This document shows, piece by piece, positions 62,291 through 64,000 of a stretch of 64,000 bases of DNA (position 1 is the first letter of the stretch; the number at the start of each line of letters is the position of its first letter). The stretch lies in assembly GCA_043228905.1 (NCBI GenBank), contig JBHGNT010000021.1, forward strand, positions 186,001 to 250,000, given 5' to 3'. The notes under the pieces were generated by a model, which saw only the letters and a program-made list of their open reading frames with translations, had not been told where the DNA came from and made no database searches. This DNA is from Azolla caroliniana (lineage: Eukaryota > Plantae > Polypodiophyta). The translations under genes and the position numbers were made by a program.

Positions 62291-64000
62291 ACGTTATTAT
62301 TTTGTTGTTAGAGGCAGCTGAGTTTGGTGGGAATCGTCAGCATGGTTGCATCGTATTTATTCAAAGTGTAGAAGCTCTGAATAATCTGATATGTTTCAAT
62401 CTGCAGTACAAGAGAATGCTTTCTCTCTTCGAGGAAATAATAGCTTGTTGTACACACATGTTGAAGAAATGAGTTTATTGAATCCATTTAGCATGGTTTA
62501 TGGGAGATGTGGAATGCCATATGATGGTACCAAACTGCATCAAAATCTGAAGGAATGATGAGTAAATATGTGGTTCACCACATTATTTTATGGTCCTTAT
62601 CAAAGGCTATATTAAGTGGACTTGAAAAGGCCTTGAGGGAGTGTCTACTTACCAAGATACAGTTTCATGGAATGTTGTAAAGATCCTAGCAAACAAACTC
62701 TTTAGTGGTCTTATGATTTCGGTGGCAACAATTCATCAACATCAACCATTGGAATTCATCCACAAAGTTTCGATCAGATTGCAAGGATTTCTGGTAGTTT
62801 GGTGAACATTGGAAGCAGGGCTAAGGTGTGTTGGAGAGAAACTCCTAATCAAATGAGAGACAGAATGCCTAGAAATATATTTGGCATAGACTCCATTAAT
62901 AAAGGTCATTGGTGCCAATTCCTTGATTAATACAGTTGTTATAGGTGGTTGGATTGTTGAAGCTACATGATTGTTCAAGAGGTTTTTACTAAAATATGTT
63001 GCAATATTCATTGTAATATTGGACTGTTTTGTATATTGACTTCTTTAAATACCAATGGAAGATATTTTTTTGGAAAAAAAAAGTACAAGTACTCATGTTT
63101 ATGAAACAAAGGTTCTTGTGCATACTTCAAGGATTAGCTAGAGAGAGGAGAGAAAGATCTAGAAATTTTTTAAAGGGATAAGTCATAGCATGGCTGCCAA
63201 CTATGGAGAAAAAAAGAAAAAGGAACAAATCATTCATGTGTTAAGAAGGTAGGTACAAGGGAGCAACATAGGACCAAATTAATCAAACCATAAGAATATT
63301 GATTATTGTTATGATTAGATCAAATTGATGATATTATTGAAAATATGGAAATAAATAAGTGAGGACATCATTCCTCCACAACACCCCCTAGCAAAGGATT
63401 GGAGATGATCCTTAAACCCCAATGGTGTTCTTGTGTGAGCATGCTACTTGAGCAAGTCATTTGTGCTAGAAGACTTTTAAACTCCTTTTTGTGGGTTTCC
63501 TTGTGTAATTTCCACTTTTGCAAATTAGTGTTGACTTGAGAAAACCTCATAGTCAAGGAAAGGTTGGACTTGAATTGATAAAAGCTTACACTAAAGTGGA
63601 GGAATTCCTTCACCTTTCATGAATGTCATGACTTGACTAGGCTCTCACTCACTCTCCCTCTCATCAAAGTGACACTTAAGTCATTATTATAGGATTATGG
63701 CTAATTACAACCATTTAATACAACAAAACCCAAATTAATACCCAAAAACTCTAGCTTTTTACAAGAAAAACCCTTTACAAAATGGGGTTTATAACATGAT
63801 TGCAAATATAATTACAATAGTGAGTGAGAGAAGTGTTTACAACGATGTGGTCTAACTCCACACCCGCACTCATTGCTCACCCAACCCAAACTCCAAGCAA
63901 GAAGAAGAAAATGAAAAGACCCTAAAACTTAGAAAATAAAACACCTCTAAACCCTTCCAAAAACAAAACCCAAAATGAGCCCCAACCCTCCCTTTTCACA

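Noticed and set aside
62400-64000. Possible TE coding remnant or LTR start at the window end
   Set aside because: No diagnostic motif, and it is cut off by the window edge.

Overview
AT-rich land-plant nuclear DNA with spliceosomal introns; a fern or other non-seed lineage is my guess and cannot be proven from this window. Apparently intact genes: an intronless EMS1/EXS-type LRR receptor kinase (8044-11964 +), a 6-exon gene (18009-24189 +), a 7-exon endonuclease I / Bsn-type nuclease gene (31831-40921 -), a DUF21/CNNM-CBS gene (about 44.5-52.4 kb -) and a tRNA-Thr(CGT). Also present are an NLR pseudogene interrupted by a hAT MITE, nested Copia/LINE insertions, a solo LTR, and PPR/SAC-phosphatase fragments. 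The standout is the 6-exon gene. Splicing its first three exons by hand gives a cysteine-poor i-type-lysozyme/destabilase-like domain that the ORF track does not show. It is fused in frame to tandem IQ motifs, four ~42-aa repeats and a C-terminus resembling the NACK kinesin tail (DUF3490). All family calls come from motif recognition; no database search was run.
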